Under the pieces are notes generated by a model. It had not been told where the DNA came from and searched no databases. It worked only from the letters and a program-made list of their open reading frames with translations. From positions 1 through 63,468 of the forward strand of contig JAUSPO010000190.1 of assembly GCA_030656575.1 (NCBI GenBank): a DNA stretch of 63,468 nucleotides, read 5' to 3'. The DNA comes from Bacillota bacterium. Lineage in GTDB: Bacteria; Bacillota; Dethiobacteria; DTU022; UBA8154. A program made the translations under genes and the position numbers. Numbering within the stretch: position 1 is the first letter of the stretch; each line of letters starts with the position of its first letter. Positions 61,718 to 63,468 of the stretch are shown here, one piece after another.

Positions 61718-63292
61718 CTAAATATCAGTGTAAAACATGAGCGGAATAAGCAGTTTTGTGCCCGCTTCCAGGACGGCATCCTCTTCCAGCTCGTTGGCTT
61801 CAGCAATGACAGGAGTTTTGACACCATAACTGCGTGCTATTTTCAGGAGAGTATCTCCCCGCTTGGCAGAATATACAACCATGCTGGTTCCTGGTGGAAC
61901 CCGGAAAGGTACTACTACAGAAAATTCCTCTACCTCCCGGCATTTTACTTCCAGGGAAGCATGACTAATCTGCAGCGTGGAATTTTCTGTTGGCGCAAAT
62001 TCAGTTCTTTCCATATTAAAATAAACCACAGTTTCTGCATCCGGGCTAATTCCTGGCAGGTAGATGGAAGAATGGAAATCATCTTCAGTTTTTAGGACAA
62101 GGGGCAGGAGATCTCTTTCTGCATCTTCCTCTTCTTCCCATTCGTTATCATCGGCTGGAAAATAATAAATGTTCTTTTCCAGTACCCCTGATACTTCAAC
62201 CATGTCTTCCTCTACGTTCACTTCGAGATCCAAGAAGCGGTAGACCCCTGCAGAAATTTCTTTTGGATACGGTAAGTCAAGTTTTTGTACAAGTTCCAGG
62301 GGTTCTTTGGCAGTTGCAGCCAGTTTTGGCAGGAACAGATATTCCTTTTTAGCAGCGTAATCCTTTATATCGCTGACAACTTCCTGCTGTACCGTGCGTG
62401 TTATCCTGATCACAATATTGATCGAAGCCTGCTCGTTTGCATTCTTTCCATTAATTTCATATGCGCAGTACTCCACACATGGGAAAATACTTACCTGTAA
62501 CCCTTTGTTTAACTGTGTAAACGGCACATTTCCGTTAAACTGCTGTTTGTTTTCCTGAAAGCCGCTTTTCCCCCCTGCAAGAAAATAAGCTGATGTTACC
62601 AGTTCCCCCTTAAAGCTTACACCTTCTTTTTCCAGCTGCCATGAAAAGTCCTTGATATAATAGTTCATGGCTTTAATATAGTTTAGCTCCTCGCCAAACT
62701 CGTATTTCTTAATTATGGTGAGGGAAATTTCCTTCTCTTCCACAAGTTCTTCAACGGTAATAACACCGCGGACGACCTTTTCAGCTGGAATATCCTTCAC
62801 TCCAACAGTTAAATTAAGCTGCCGGGGATCAGTAACTGATAGCATTACTTCGACCTCTATTTTAAGCTGATAGAGAATTTTGCCCTCAGCCTCAATGGGA
62901 GATTCTTCTTCTCCCAAATAACAGATCCTCCCGAAGGCATTTACTGTCATCCCCGGCAGAGCCCCAGGAACCTCTACTTCCCTGGTAAAATCCTCTTCTT
63001 CCCAAACCACTACCTTTGGCCCACTTACACTATAAAAGACCACTTTCCCTTCAAGCGTACCCTTCAGCCTAACTTTATCTTTTTCGTCAATACTCACTTC
63101 CGAAATTTTTACACCCGCCTGCACATCACCAAGGGGAAATGCTTTTCCCTTATCCCTGGCGGGCTCATCGTCCAGAAGCAAATCTTTCATGAAAAAGAAA
63201 CGGACAACATTCTCTCCTGCCAACATCCTATAGCTAAAATTTGTAGTAAGCAGATCAAGCTGTTCCCTTTTTGATGTGCTCCTTCCCATCAT
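61718..63292 (-). CDS. DUF3794 (SPOCS)-repeat protein with a C-terminal LysM domain (SafA-like spore/cell-wall associated)
   Basis: 524 aa. C-terminus VVYSAKRGDTLLKIARSYGVKTPVIAEANELEEDAVLEAGTKLLIP is LysM. The N-terminal beta-rich repeats are assigned to DUF3794 from memory. Confidence 0.65.
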   Translation of the reverse strand: MMGRSTSKREQLDLLTTNFSYRMLAGENVVRFFFMKDLLLDDEPARDKGKAFPLGDVQAGVKISEVSIDEKDKVRLKGTLEGKVVFYSVSGPKVVVWEEEDFTREVEVPGALPGMTVNAFGRICYLGEEESPIEAEGKILYQLKIEVEVMLSVTDPRQLNLTVGVKDIPAEKVVRGVITVEELVEEKEISLTIIKKYEFGEELNYIKAMNYYIKDFSWQLEKEGVSFKGELVTSAYFLAGGKSGFQENKQQFNGNVPFTQLNKGLQVSIFPCVEYCAYEINGKNANEQASINIVIRITRTVQQEVVSDIKDYAAKKEYLFLPKLAATAKEPLELVQKLDLPYPKEISAGVYRFLDLEVNVEEDMVEVSGVLEKNIYYFPADDNEWEEEEDAERDLLPLVLKTEDDFHSSIYLPGISPDAETVVYFNMERTEFAPTENSTLQISHASLEVKCREVEEFSVVVPFRVPPGTSMVVYSAKRGDTLLKIARSYGVKTPVIAEANELEEDAVLEAGTKLLIPLMFYTDI

Positions 63293-63378
63293 CCTACCTC
63301 CTTATAACGATATACAAGGTTCCTCATATTATAAATATTAGACTCCTCTATAAAATATGCATGGAATTGGGAAATACG

Positions 63379-63419
63379 TAGGAAGTCAGAAGTCAGGAGT
63401 CTACTGAATTCTAACTACC
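63379..63419. repeat. Heptamer-family repeat near the right edge
   Basis: GGAAGTCAGAAGTCAGGAGTCTACTGAATTCTAACTACC, read directly. Confidence 0.8.
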
Positions 63420-63468
63420 TGTTTTGCAAATAAAAATTCCCGTTACTTTAAAGTAACGGGAATTTTTA

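Overview
All calls come from reading the sequence and ORF translations by eye; homology, motif and repeat statements are manual and no database search was run. Start codons are often GTG/TTG and are approximate.

The window is a flagellar/motility super-locus plus about 18 kb of housekeeping genes. Gene content looks like a Gram-positive, Clostridia-like, probably spore-forming anaerobe; the taxon cannot be named by eye.

(1) 31.1 kb down to 1, minus strand. One long fla/che operon in Bacillus/Clostridium-like order: flgB flgC fliE fliF fliG fliH fliI fliJ fliK flgD (operon protein) flgE motA motB fliL fliN-like fliO fliP fliQ fliR flhB flhA flhF flhG pilZ sigD, a hypothetical gene, two rod genes, fliM fliN fliY cheW. 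There are no L/P-ring genes. The operon ends in a visibly degraded chemotaxis cassette:
- a cheA stub with an internal deletion, an in-frame stop and a frameshift;
- CheY with its phospho-acceptor Asp replaced by Gly;
- a 3'-truncated cheC;
- an inverted internal cheD fragment;
- a cheB receiver-only stub.

(2) 31.3-44.8 kb. The late flagellar region: flgM flgN flgK flgL fliW csrA / fliD plus a chaperone-like gene / fliC / an unknown gene, flaG, fliS. It has sigma-D/sigma-28-type promoters and a CsrA-type hairpin in the flagellin leader. Three type II toxin-antitoxin modules interrupt it (MNT-HepT, Phd-PIN, AbrB-PIN with a frameshifted toxin). It also holds a relic flagellin 3' end and perfect direct repeats.

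(3) 44.8-63.5 kb.
- MCP relic.
- Carbon metabolism: cupin-type PGI, phosphoglucomutase, GAPDH.
- dapB, a degenerate DpaB-like gene, a DUF606 transporter.
- SPFH-NfeD pair, bifunctional nuclease, csaB.
- Radical SAM gene, pcm.
- COG1900/NIL-ferredoxin/COG2122 homocysteine cluster.
- queT.
- SPOCS-LysM protein.

No rRNA, tRNA, CRISPR array, transposase or integrase was recognised.

Non-genic signals worth follow-up:
- a DnaA-box cluster behind a near-consensus promoter between flhB and flhA;
- a heptamer tandem-repeat family with a conserved flanking box inside operon spacers;
- two MITE-like TIR elements;
- a GGGGACGGTTC hairpin module family.
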